Shown here piece by piece: positions 45,929 to 55,058 of a stretch of DNA of 64,000 bases. Under the pieces are notes generated by a model that saw nothing but the letters and a program-made list of their open reading frames with translations, was not told where the DNA came from and did not search any database. The stretch comes from Gemmatimonadota bacterium (GTDB lineage: Bacteria; GCA-2686955): assembly GCA_002686955.1 (NCBI GenBank), contig NYZA01000120.1, positions 1,066-65,065 of the forward strand, written 5' to 3'. The position numbers and the translations under genes are program-made. Numbering within the stretch: the first letter of the stretch is position 1; each line of letters starts with the position of its first letter.

Positions 45929-48898
45929 CTAAAGGATCCCCGGCTTGCCCTGCGCGAAGCGGCGAAATCCCGTTGCCAACAGATCGATGTGTTCGATCTC
46001 CTCCGCCTCGAGCTCCTGGTAGAGCGTAAATGCGGGAGAGTCGGGGTCAAGCTTCTCGCGTTCTTGGGCGAAGAAGTCTCGTGCCCTCTCTTCCAGATGG
46101 ATCGCCAGTTTCAGCACATCGATGCCGTCGTTCAGCGGCTCATCGAAACCGGAGTAGACGGCGACCTGAGCAGCTGTCATTCGTGCGCCTTCGACCCTCT
46201 CGGGCGGATCGACATGGTAGCGAAGCGCCAAGGTCTCCGCGTGCTCGCGCTCCATGACGGCCAGACGCCTGAACAGCTCTCCGAGCTCCGCGTCGTCGAC
46301 CTCGTCGGCATGGCTCTCATAGAAGGCGGCCGCACCCAGCTCGATCTCGAAGGCCTGCCGGATCGCCTTCATCGCGTCTGCGTCGGTCGCCTCGGCGCGC
46401 TCGTGCTCTTCTTCGACCGACATCGCGCCTCCGCAGACCGGGCAGAGACCGAAGGGGAATGCGAAGCCCTCATAGACTTTCTTGCAGCTCTCGCAGTGCC
46501 AGGTCAGCTCGGTCTCGGCGCAGCAGACATAGGTTTCGCGCCCCTCGAGTGGGCGGTGACACCGACTGCATACGAACGACATTTTGCTCTCATCGACCAC
46601 ATCGGCGTCTTCCAGCTCCGGAGCGTGCCATTCCCAGCGCTCGAGGTACTCGGCGATCGCCGCGGCTGCTCGGCGCCCGGCTCCCATCGCCAGAATTACC
46701 GTGGCTCCTCCGGTCACGATATCGCCGCCCGCGAACACACCTTCGATATTGGTGGCCTGCGTTTCAGGATCGGCGACGATGTAGCCGTTGCCTCTTGTAT
46801 TCAAGTTGGGCGTGGATTGGGCGATGATCGGATTGGCTCGCGTGCCGAGCGCATAGATCACCGTGTCGCACTCGATCGTCTCGATCTCGTCTTCGACCGC
46901 CCGCGGGCGCCGGCGGCCGGAATCGTCCGGCTCACCGAGCTCCATTACCTGGCAACGCATGGCCCGTACATCTCCCCCGTCTTCCGTTACGATCTCGATC
47001 GGACTGCGCAGCCAATGGAAGTGGATCCCCTCTTCCTCTGCGTGGCGCAGCTCCTCCAGGCGCGCGGGTACCTCCGCCTCGGTTCGACGGTAGACGCAGT
47101 GAACCGACTTCGCCCCCAGGCGCCGCGCGACCCGCAGGCAGTCCATCGCCGTATTCCCGGCGCCGATCACCACCACGCGAGGCCCCATCGCCACCGGAGT
47201 GTCTTCCAGCGGGAACTGGTCGCCTCGCATCAGATTGACGCGCGTCAGAAACTCGTTCGCGCTGTAGACCTGCCCCGCGAATTCGCCGGGGATGCCGAGG
47301 AATACCGGGAATCCGGCGCCGGTCGCGATGAACACGGCGTCGTAGCCCATCTCGCCACGGAGCTGCGCGATGGAGAAGGTCTTGCCAACGATCTTGTTGA
47401 GCTCGATCTTCACGCCGGCTCGCTCCAGGCAGCCCAGCTCCTGCGCGATCACACGCCGGGGGAGCCGGAACGCCGGGATTCCGTACGAGAGCACCCCCCC
47501 CGCCACGTGGAGCGCTTCGAAAATCGTCACCTCCGCCCCTCTTCGCGTCAGATCGGCGGCGCAGGCGAGGCCACCCGGTCCCGATCCGACGATCGCCACC
47601 CGACCGGTCGATCTCCGGTGCTCCCCCGAGCATTTCAGGGGGCCCGCCGCATGGTCACCGACGAAACGCTCCAGCCGCCCGATCGCCACGGGCTCGACCT
47701 TCTTGCCGATGATGCACTGCGCCTCGCACTGGCTCTCCTGGGGGCAAACCCGCCCGCAGATCGACGGGAAGACATTCGCTTCTCGAATCACCGACAAGGC
47801 CCCGTCGATGTCTCGCACGACCACGTGGCGGATGAACCTGGGGATGTCGATCGAAACCGGGCAGCCGGCGACGCAGAGGGGGCGCACGCACTGAATGCAA
47901 CGCTCCGCCTCGGTCACGGCGTCGGCCATGCCGTAGCCGAGGTTCACCTCCTGAAAGCTGGAGACCCGTTCTGCGGCGGGCCGTTCGGGCATCGGAATCG
48001 CCTTGGGAGGCAGGTCCTTGATCTTCTTGTAGTTCCGTTTTTCATGCCGGAAGAGCTCGGTCTCGATATTGCAAATCCGCGCGTAGTCCTCCTCCGCGTG
48101 TTGCTCGTGTCGTTTGAAGCGCTGCTGCCGGAGCATCAGCTCTTCGAAATCGACCACGTGGGCGTCGAACTCGGGGCCGTCGACACAGGCGAAACGCACT
48201 TCGTTATCGACGGTTACACGGCAGGAGCCGCACATTCCGGTCCCATCGACCATGATCGCGTTGAGGCTCACGACCGTTCGTATGCCGCTCTCGCGCGTGA
48301 CCTCGGCGCAGGCCCGCATCATTGGCAGGGGGCCGACCGCCACCACCAGATCGGGTGGAGTTTCGGCGGAGATGACGTCGTGGAGCGCTTCGGTAACGAA
48401 GCCGGAGCGGCCGTACGATCCGTCGTCGGTGCAGACGATCAGTTCATCGCTGTGCGGGCCGAATCGATCTTCCCAGAAAACCAGGTCCTTCGAGCGGAAT
48501 CCGATTATTGAGGTCGTCCGATTCCCCGCTTCGTGGAACGCGCGGAGTTGGGGGAAGATCGGTGCCACGCCCAGTCCCCCACCCACCAGGACCACATGCC
48601 CGACCTTCTCGATCTCACTCGCAAGTCCCAAGGGTCCGGCGAAGTCGGCCACCGTGCTTCCGGCATTGTAGTCATTGAGCATCTTTCGCGTGCTCTTGCC
48701 CACGGCCTGAACGACGATCGTAATCGTGCCCGCCTGCTCGTCATAGTCGGCGATTGTGAGGGGAATCCGCTCGCCGCCCTCGTCGAGACGGACGATCACG
48801 AACTGCCCGGGCAGCGCCGATCGGGCGACATCGGGAGCATGCACGAGCCAGCGGAAAGTCGTGTCGGAGAATTGTTCTTTTTCGAGAATCTGGTACAT
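45929..48898 (-). CDS. Fused NfnA-NfnB (GltD/SudA-like) oxidoreductase with C-terminal Cys cluster and rubrerythrin/ferritin-like domain
   Basis: NfnA: PGQFVIVR, ERIPLTI, GPLG, MVDGTGMCGSCRV, CVDGPEF. NfnB: CIQCVRPLCVAGCP, CGRVCPQESQCE, GSGPGG, GAGNTAMD, GGATVILAMG. Tail: CSRC..CC..CESC..CPVC then two ExxH motifs (EREH, EIEH). Confidence 0.9.
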   Translation of the reverse strand: MYQILEKEQFSDTTFRWLVHAPDVARSALPGQFVIVRLDEGGERIPLTIADYDEQAGTITIVVQAVGKSTRKMLNDYNAGSTVADFAGPLGLASEIEKVGHVVLVGGGLGVAPIFPQLRAFHEAGNRTTSIIGFRSKDLVFWEDRFGPHSDELIVCTDDGSYGRSGFVTEALHDVISAETPPDLVVAVGPLPMMRACAEVTRESGIRTVVSLNAIMVDGTGMCGSCRVTVDNEVRFACVDGPEFDAHVVDFEELMLRQQRFKRHEQHAEEDYARICNIETELFRHEKRNYKKIKDLPPKAIPMPERPAAERVSSFQEVNLGYGMADAVTEAERCIQCVRPLCVAGCPVSIDIPRFIRHVVVRDIDGALSVIREANVFPSICGRVCPQESQCEAQCIIGKKVEPVAIGRLERFVGDHAAGPLKCSGEHRRSTGRVAIVGSGPGGLACAADLTRRGAEVTIFEALHVAGGVLSYGIPAFRLPRRVIAQELGCLERAGVKIELNKIVGKTFSIAQLRGEMGYDAVFIATGAGFPVFLGIPGEFAGQVYSANEFLTRVNLMRGDQFPLEDTPVAMGPRVVVIGAGNTAMDCLRVARRLGAKSVHCVYRRTEAEVPARLEELRHAEEEGIHFHWLRSPIEIVTEDGGDVRAMRCQVMELGEPDDSGRRRPRAVEDEIETIECDTVIYALGTRANPIIAQSTPNLNTRGNGYIVADPETQATNIEGVFAGGDIVTGGATVILAMGAGRRAAAAIAEYLERWEWHAPELEDADVVDESKMSFVCSRCHRPLEGRETYVCCAETELTWHCESCKKVYEGFAFPFGLCPVCGGAMSVEEEHERAEATDADAMKAIRQAFEIELGAAAFYESHADEVDDAELGELFRRLAVMEREHAETLALRYHVDPPERVEGARMTAAQVAVYSGFDEPLNDGIDVLKLAIHLEERARDFFAQEREKLDPDSPAFTLYQELEAEEIEHIDLLATGFRRFAQGKPGIL

Positions 48899-49184
48899 GG
48901 CGAATCGAGACCGCGTGCGTGGAATCTGCATGGGGGCCAGCTTCGTCTCGAAGCGTAGGAGCGAGCTCCAAAACCGCAAGCTAGCATGAGTCGACCCAGT
49001 CCCGAGGTCTCGATTCACCTCGCGTCCGTGGGCAAATCCCCCGACGGGTCGGCCGATCTGAGCGATTCCGCCCGCATGGCCCCGCGCGCGGCCGCCGCTC
49101 GGCTCTCGCCGTGATGGCCCGCCATCCCTCTTAATCGCTTGCTACGCGGTTGTTTCTGCTGTCAACGCCTCATCACCGATTCGA

Positions 49185-49199
49185 TGGCATAGCGCTTGC
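49185..49199 (+). promoter_or_regulatory. Sigma54 (-24/-12) promoter of the matrixin module
   Basis: TGGCATAGCGCTTGC, exact GG-N10-GC, near consensus TGGCAC-N5-TTGC. Confidence 0.65.
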
Positions 49200-49357
49200 C
49201 AGCAAACCGGTGTTGTCCCCCAAGAAGTACCTTCGCGCGAGTTTTCGGTCCCTCCCCTTCGAAATTGCGGCCGTTCCCCCAAGCCCCCAACGCAGTGGCG
49301 GTCGCGCCGAGTGCGCGATGCAAGTTGCGCCGCTTCGACGGCGAATAGGAGATCTCG

Positions 49358-49837
49358 ATGAGAAAGAAGACCGCACTAGCGGCGGCGGTGACCGGGCTTC
49401 TCGCCCTTTCGACCGCGTCGAACGCAACCGTGCTGATCAAGAAGACGCTGGTGGATCTGGCCGGTGATGCCGATCTGATCCTCTCGGGAACGGTTACGGA
49501 GGTTTGGTCGGAGCAGGACGGAGCGTCGATAAGCACCTACGCGGACGTCCAAGTCATCGACCTGCTCAAGGGTGCAAGCGAGTCCGAGATCGTCACCGTC
49601 AAAGTGCCGGGGGGCGCGGTCGGCGACCTCTCCATGGCGGTCCCGGGAACGCCGGAGCTCAGCGAGAATCAAGAGGTCTATCTCTTCCTGAAAAATGAGA
49701 TGGGCACGCTCACCAACGTCGTTGGGTGGGCTCAGGGCGCCTTCCACGTCGAAGACGGTGTCGTCCTCGAAGTGGGAGTTCCCCAGCGAGCCTTCGAGCG
49801 TCGAGTCGAAGCCATTCTCGGCAGTGCAGCCAACTAG
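49358..49837 (+). CDS. Secreted protein resembling metalloprotease-associated N-terminal domains
   Basis: AGGAG RBS; signal peptide ending SNA; ADLILSGTV...LKG...VPGGAVG...PGTPEL...VYLFL...GWAQGAF. Confidence 0.75.
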   Translation: MRKKTALAAAVTGLLALSTASNATVLIKKTLVDLAGDADLILSGTVTEVWSEQDGASISTYADVQVIDLLKGASESEIVTVKVPGGAVGDLSMAVPGTPELSENQEVYLFLKNEMGTLTNVVGWAQGAFHVEDGVVLEVGVPQRAFERRVEAILGSAAN

Positions 49838-49862
49838 CACCTGAAATAGGAGGTTCGAAGCG

Positions 49863-50423
49863 ATGCGAAGCACCACGACAATCATGACTTTGGCCGCACT
49901 GGCGTTCTCGGCGTCCACAGCCACGGCGTATACGTTTTGGGGCACCAAGGACGGCAATGGGCGGATGGACTGCTCCGCCAACACCGGCTACCAGAGCGGC
50001 GAGTACTCTGCGATCGAGCGCGGAGCCATCTCCTGGATCAACGTCTCCTGCTCCTCATTCCAGTTTCGCAGGGATTCTCCCCTCTTGATCAACCGAACGG
50101 TCCCGAGGCGCGATGGAAGCAACCACATCATCTTCGGCGACGCCGACGGCGCGCTGGCCGTTACCTGGTTGATGAACAATTCCTCGAGTCGCGAATGCGA
50201 CATGATCTTGGAGAACAACATCAACTGGAACAACGGGCCCGGACCCTCGGGCTGGAACCAGTACGACCTCGAAGGTGTTGCCTGCCACGAGTTCGGCCAT
50301 TTCCTCGGGCTTGGTCACTCCAACACAGCCGCCGCGACGATGTACTACGCGATCGGTTCTGGCGACGACTCCAAGCGCTCGCTCCACAGCGACGATCAGA
50401 ACGGAGTCTGCGCTCTGTACTAG
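49863..50423 (+). CDS. Matrixin (M10) family metalloprotease
   Basis: AGGAGG RBS; signal peptide; HEFGHFLGLGHS zinc motif, ATM Met-turn, LHSDDQNGVCALY. Confidence 0.9.
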   Translation: MRSTTTIMTLAALAFSASTATAYTFWGTKDGNGRMDCSANTGYQSGEYSAIERGAISWINVSCSSFQFRRDSPLLINRTVPRRDGSNHIIFGDADGALAVTWLMNNSSSRECDMILENNINWNNGPGPSGWNQYDLEGVACHEFGHFLGLGHSNTAAATMYYAIGSGDDSKRSLHSDDQNGVCALY

Positions 50424-50448
50424 ACTGGATCTCCGAAGCACCACCCCG

Positions 50449-50497
50449 ATCGGCCCGGTTCCCCTCACGAGAGACGGAACCGGGCCGATTCCATTTC
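50449..50497 (+). terminator. Probable terminator after matrixin
   Basis: 14-bp stem ATCGGCCCGGTTCC / GGAACCGGGCCGAT followed by TCCATTT. Confidence 0.6.
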
Positions 50498-50582
50498 CCG
50501 CCGTTGCGTCGGTCGACATCGACTACGATTCGCTCTTCCCCGCGAACCCGAATCTCAGGCTTTCGACCAGGTAAGGTGATCG

Positions 50583-52526
50583 ATGTGGGGCAGGATTGCG
50601 GTCACGTTTTTTCTGGTGGCCGAGGTGCTGGTGTTCCTTCCCCAGCATTACAGCCCGGTGCATATCAAGTCGGTGCTCTTCCACATCGGTGCACTCGTCG
50701 TGGCCGGTGCTTTGGTGATTCGGCCCATGCGTTGGCCGGCATCGCTCGATCGTATCGGGCTCGCCGGCGCTTTGCTCGTGCTCTGGAGTGCGCTTTCGGT
50801 CGTATGGGCCTCTGATCATCGGATCGCGCTGGAGGCGACCGGCGATCTCGCGGCGCGGGCCACCTGGGCCGCCGGGGGTGCCATCCTTTTCGCGGCTTGG
50901 GGATCGAGAGTCGGCTCCCGCGTGTTCGACGGCCTGCTGGCCGCAACCGTGCTCGCCGCCGTCTACGGATTCGCTCAGCACCTCGGCTTCGACATCGTCG
51001 AGTATCGCGAACTGCCGTCCACACCGCGGGGGACACTCGGCAATCCGAACTTCCTCGCGGGACTTCTCGTATTGGTGCTGCCCTTGGCGATCGTGCGTCT
51101 GATCGAGCTCCGAGAGGCATCCAGGTCAGGGGCGGACGGGAACCTCGGCGTGTTCTTCGGGGTCGTGAGTGTGGTCGTGCTAGCGGCGGCACTGCTCACC
51201 AGTGGCACGACCGGGGCGATCCTCGCGGCGGGGCTCACCGCTCTCGCCTGGGCTGGCTGCTACCGCGCCGGCCGCGGCCTTCGGCTAGTGGGCGGCGTCC
51301 CGCTCGTGGCGATCTCAGCCTGGTTGCTCTTCGAGATCGTGATGGCTCTGCAAACGGCTCCGAGCGAGTTGGAAGGCCTGGCTGGACGGATTCGAGCCGG
51401 GACCACCGAGACCCGGTTGGCGATCTGGGCGGGATCGGTGTCGGCCTTTCTCTCAGCCCCGGTCCTGGGTGTGGGCGCCGGCGGGTTTCCGGTCGCATTC
51501 GCGCTCCATCGTCCATGGGATTATCCACTCCGGGCGGTCAGTCTGAATACTCGCCATGCACACGACGAGCCGCTGGAGTTGGCGGTCGAGCTGGGCGTCA
51601 TCGGGCTCGTGCTCGCCGCCTTGCTCGTGGCGGCGGCGGCGCGGGTCGCCTGGCGCGCCGGCAGCGATGTCCGCTCTGACCGGGATGCGCGGATCGGCCT
51701 GGCGGCGATTTTTGGTGTCGGAGGGCTTCTTCTGCACGGCTTGGTCGAAGTGGTCACACGGTGGACGGTGCCTGGTGCTTTGGCTTGGCTCGTTGGGGGG
51801 ATGGGACTGGGGCTCATGCAGCGTTCGACCTCGCGCGAGGCGCGGACTTCCCCCGGGGCCTCAATGGAGTCGCTGGCGGCCGCGGGGCTCTTCCTGCTGA
51901 TCATTCCCGCGGCCTGGGGAAGTGTGCGTGATCTCCGGATCCAGGCCGATCTCAACCGAGGCGAGCAGGCGCTCTACTCTCAGAGGCTAGATGCGGCACG
52001 CGCCTCGCTCGAGAGGGTAGTGGAGCATTCCCCTCGAGATCTGGAGGGTCTGTACAAGCTCGCTTTCGTGGAGCAGGAGGCCGGCCGATTCGCCGATGCA
52101 CTCGATCTGTACGATCGGATCGGCTCGATCTCTCCCGAGTTCTCCGAGATCCATCTGAATCGCGGCGTCTCCCATCTGCGCCTCGGAAACCATGTAGCCG
52201 CGATGACCGAGCTCGAAAAGCACCACAATCGATCGTGTTCCGACATTGCCCTTTTCTATGCCGCGAGAATCGCACTGTCACTGGGGGATCCAACCCGAGC
52301 CCGCGCCCATCTCGAGGAGCTCCGCCGATTGCAGCGTATCTATCCAGCGGGCAGAATGCCGATCGGTTGGAAGCCATTCCTTCGCCGCATCGAGCCCACG
52401 CACCTCGACGCACTCGAGGACGCGTTGGATTACGCCCCGAGTATTCCGCAAGGCCGATCACTGGGAGTGCGGGGAGGGTCGAACACCGGGCCCCACCTGA
52501 CCGTTCCCGGAAGCGGCGACCATTGA
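50583..52526 (+). CDS. O-antigen ligase (Wzy_C) family protein with C-terminal TPRs
   Basis: GTLGNPNFLAG, RLAIW, PVLGVGAGGF, HAHDEPLELAVELG; TPR helices in tail. Confidence 0.85.
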   Translation: MWGRIAVTFFLVAEVLVFLPQHYSPVHIKSVLFHIGALVVAGALVIRPMRWPASLDRIGLAGALLVLWSALSVVWASDHRIALEATGDLAARATWAAGGAILFAAWGSRVGSRVFDGLLAATVLAAVYGFAQHLGFDIVEYRELPSTPRGTLGNPNFLAGLLVLVLPLAIVRLIELREASRSGADGNLGVFFGVVSVVVLAAALLTSGTTGAILAAGLTALAWAGCYRAGRGLRLVGGVPLVAISAWLLFEIVMALQTAPSELEGLAGRIRAGTTETRLAIWAGSVSAFLSAPVLGVGAGGFPVAFALHRPWDYPLRAVSLNTRHAHDEPLELAVELGVIGLVLAALLVAAAARVAWRAGSDVRSDRDARIGLAAIFGVGGLLLHGLVEVVTRWTVPGALAWLVGGMGLGLMQRSTSREARTSPGASMESLAAAGLFLLIIPAAWGSVRDLRIQADLNRGEQALYSQRLDAARASLERVVEHSPRDLEGLYKLAFVEQEAGRFADALDLYDRIGSISPEFSEIHLNRGVSHLRLGNHVAAMTELEKHHNRSCSDIALFYAARIALSLGDPTRARAHLEELRRLQRIYPAGRMPIGWKPFLRRIEPTHLDALEDALDYAPSIPQGRSLGVRGGSNTGPHLTVPGSGDH

Positions 52527-54185
52527 TCTGCCTTTCCCTTGCACGAGTGTCGCATACCGATCCGCTTTCAACTCGTCGAAGCGCTCACTCTCCCCGCCCG
52601 TCCACCTGACCTCCACCGACACGATCTCAGCGTCGTCGCCGAGGCCGAAGTGCATCCTTGGGTCGTTGCTCGATAGGTAGCTCGTTGCCCATTGGTTGAC
52701 GGCGACTTGTGTCCGAGATTCGGATTGCACCGTGACCTTGGCCCCGATCGCCGACCCGGGGCCCGATGTGCCGACGAGGCTGAATCCGATCCAGTGTCGC
52801 CGATTGCCGCCATCGTTCCTCAAAAGTGTGGCGGTCGCTTGTAGATCGACATGTGAAACTATGATGTCGAGATCGCCATCGTCATCATAGTCCCAAACCG
52901 CGGCGGATCGGCCGGATCGTTTCGACCTGAAGTAGTCGCTGACAGCGGGTCCGCTGTTCTCGAAATGACCCAGACCGTCGTTCTCCAGGAGCAACGGGGG
53001 CTGCAGAACGAGCTCCTCGGCTGTTCCATTGGTCGCGAAGAGATCGAGATCGCCGTCGTTGTCGTAGTCGAAGAGCGCGGCACCCCACTGCCCTTTGCCG
53101 CGAAACAGATCGGCTACACCGCTGCTCGCGGTGATGTCTTCGAAGGTACCGTCGCCGAGGCTGCGGTAGAGAGCGCCGTATCGAAGATCGGTAACGAGCA
53201 GATCGATCAGGCCATCTCCGTCGATGTCGCCGACCGTTCCGTGCATCGAACCGGTCGGCTCCCCACGGTCGTTCGCGGCAACACCCGCGCTTTCCGCCAC
53301 CTCGGAGAAATGGTCGTTGCCTTCGTTGCGGAACAAGAAGTTCGGCTGATGGTCGTTGCCCTGGAAAAGATCGAGATCGCCATCATCGTCGTAGTCGAAA
53401 AGCGTGAGCCCCATACACTTCGACCGCGGATAGTGGAATCCCAGCGCCTCGGTTGCATCTACGAAACGACCGTCTGGGCGCCGGCGGTAGAAGATCGAGG
53501 GTTGCCCATCGTACTCGTTTGGGTGAGGCATCATATCGGGAGCCGTGGGGGAAAGGTACTCGGGGTCGAAGGCGAGGAAGTTCCCGAGCATGAGATCCAA
53601 CAACCCGTCCCGGTTCTGATCCCAGAAAGAAACGCCGACACTCCACTTGGTGAACCCGTTCAGCCGGCTGGGGCCCCGGAGCCCGAGCTCGTCGGTCGCA
53701 TCTCGAAACAGACCGGTTCCATCGTTTTCGTAGAAGATGTTGGGGCCGTAATTGAGCAGATAAAGATCGATGTCGCCATCAGCATCGTAATCGATCGCAC
53801 CCGCAGCCATGCTCCAATGTCCGTCATCGACGCCGCAGGTCTCAGCGACTTCAGTGAAGGTGCCGTCACCATTGTTCCGGTATAGGGAGTTGGCCATATT
53901 CGAATTCAGTCGACCGTAGGCATCGCTAATCCCTTCGAGAAAGGTCCCATTCAGCATGTACAGATCCATATCTCCGTCGCCGTCATGGTCGAATACAGTG
54001 ATTCCGGAACCGCTGCTTTCCAAGATGTTCTCGTAGGTCGTATCGCCGAATGTGTAACGGAAATCGATCCCCGCTTCGAGAGTTGCATCGTTGAAGGTGA
54101 GATGCGCGGACTCGCCGCACGCGGATACGAGAAATGCCATCGGCGCCAGCGCGGGTCGGCGAAACCGGCCGAAATACCTACCCAT
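52458..54185 (-). CDS. CRTAC1 family protein (FG-GAP repeats + ASPIC/UnbV)
   Basis: Multiple DxDxDGDxDL repeats, AIGAKVTV, SYLSSNDPRMHFGLG; start uncertain (54140-54230). Confidence 0.9.
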   Translation of the reverse strand: MGRYFGRFRRPALAPMAFLVSACGESAHLTFNDATLEAGIDFRYTFGDTTYENILESSGSGITVFDHDGDGDMDLYMLNGTFLEGISDAYGRLNSNMANSLYRNNGDGTFTEVAETCGVDDGHWSMAAGAIDYDADGDIDLYLLNYGPNIFYENDGTGLFRDATDELGLRGPSRLNGFTKWSVGVSFWDQNRDGLLDLMLGNFLAFDPEYLSPTAPDMMPHPNEYDGQPSIFYRRRPDGRFVDATEALGFHYPRSKCMGLTLFDYDDDGDLDLFQGNDHQPNFLFRNEGNDHFSEVAESAGVAANDRGEPTGSMHGTVGDIDGDGLIDLLVTDLRYGALYRSLGDGTFEDITASSGVADLFRGKGQWGAALFDYDNDGDLDLFATNGTAEELVLQPPLLLENDGLGHFENSGPAVSDYFRSKRSGRSAAVWDYDDDGDLDIIVSHVDLQATATLLRNDGGNRRHWIGFSLVGTSGPGSAIGAKVTVQSESRTQVAVNQWATSYLSSNDPRMHFGLGDDAEIVSVEVRWTGGESERFDELKADRYATLVQGKGRSMVAASGNGQVGPGVRPSPHSQ

Positions 54186-54189
54186 GATC

Positions 54190-54921
54190 TCAGCGCTCGA
54201 AAACGAGGAAGTGCTGGTAGGGAAGAACATCTACATGGTCACTGACCAGGCGAAATCCCGCGCCGTTCATCAGTCGCAGGATCTCGGGTCGGGAGATCTT
54301 CATGGCTTCGGGAGGCCCCTGTGGAAGCTCTCCCTCGCGAAACTCGATCAGCGCGATCTTCGCGCCGGGCCGGAGCGCGCCCTGAAGTCGCTTCAGCCAC
54401 GCGCTTTGTTCTTGCACGTGGTGCAAGACATCGCAGACGAAGACCAGATCGGTGCCCTCTGGGACGCTGGGATCGTCCAGAGCAGTGAGCACCGACTCGA
54501 TATTCGAGACCTGGGTCGTAAGTGCTTTGTGGTGGATATGCCGGATCATTTCGGGCTCGATATCGATCGCCCACACCTTGCCTTTGGGTACGGCCGCGGC
54601 TAGGCGGAAGGAGAAGTAGCCCGATCCAGCGCCCAGGTTGGCGATCGTCTCGTTCCCTGAAAGAGCCAGCGCTTCGACGACCGAATCCGGCTTCTGCCAT
54701 TCCGCACGATCGGGCCGTTCCAGGAATTCGATGTAAGTCTCCACTTCGGCGAAGGGCCGAAGGGCGTGCGGATCGACTCCATGCTTTCGCAGAGGGCAAT
54801 CGATCGCAGGTTTCGTCGCGTGTGGCGCCGCTTTTTCGTCGATCGCGAAGGCGTTCGCCCCGGTGAGACAGATCAGGATCGCCACAATCGATCCGAAACT
54901 GGAGATCTTAGGGGAGTTCAT
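54190..54921 (-). CDS. Class I SAM-dependent methyltransferase with signal peptide
   Basis: ERPDRAEWQKP, NLGAGSGYF, AIDIEPEM, DVLHH, LRPGA, LPYQHFLVF. Confidence 0.88.
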   Translation of the reverse strand: MNSPKISSFGSIVAILICLTGANAFAIDEKAAPHATKPAIDCPLRKHGVDPHALRPFAEVETYIEFLERPDRAEWQKPDSVVEALALSGNETIANLGAGSGYFSFRLAAAVPKGKVWAIDIEPEMIRHIHHKALTTQVSNIESVLTALDDPSVPEGTDLVFVCDVLHHVQEQSAWLKRLQGALRPGAKIALIEFREGELPQGPPEAMKISRPEILRLMNGAGFRLVSDHVDVLPYQHFLVFER

Positions 54922-55058
54922 TCAGGGAGGGTGCTCCGACTTTGGATTCGCTGACTATCAACCGCCGGTGGCTCGCGGCGGCGAGGTCCCGTCATCCTAT
55001 CGCGAACCGGGCCTCGGTTCCGTGTGGATATCGGTTAGGGAGTGTGGGGCAAGAGCAC

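Noticed and set aside
45929-48898. Glutamate synthase small subunit (gltD) call
   Set aside because: N-terminal NfnA module present and no gltB nearby; Nfn-type is the better fit.
52800-54000. Repeated GAC/GAT-rich motifs as a DNA repeat array or CRISPR
   Set aside because: Explained by FG-GAP DxDxDG protein repeats; no fixed repeat-spacer structure seen anywhere in the window.
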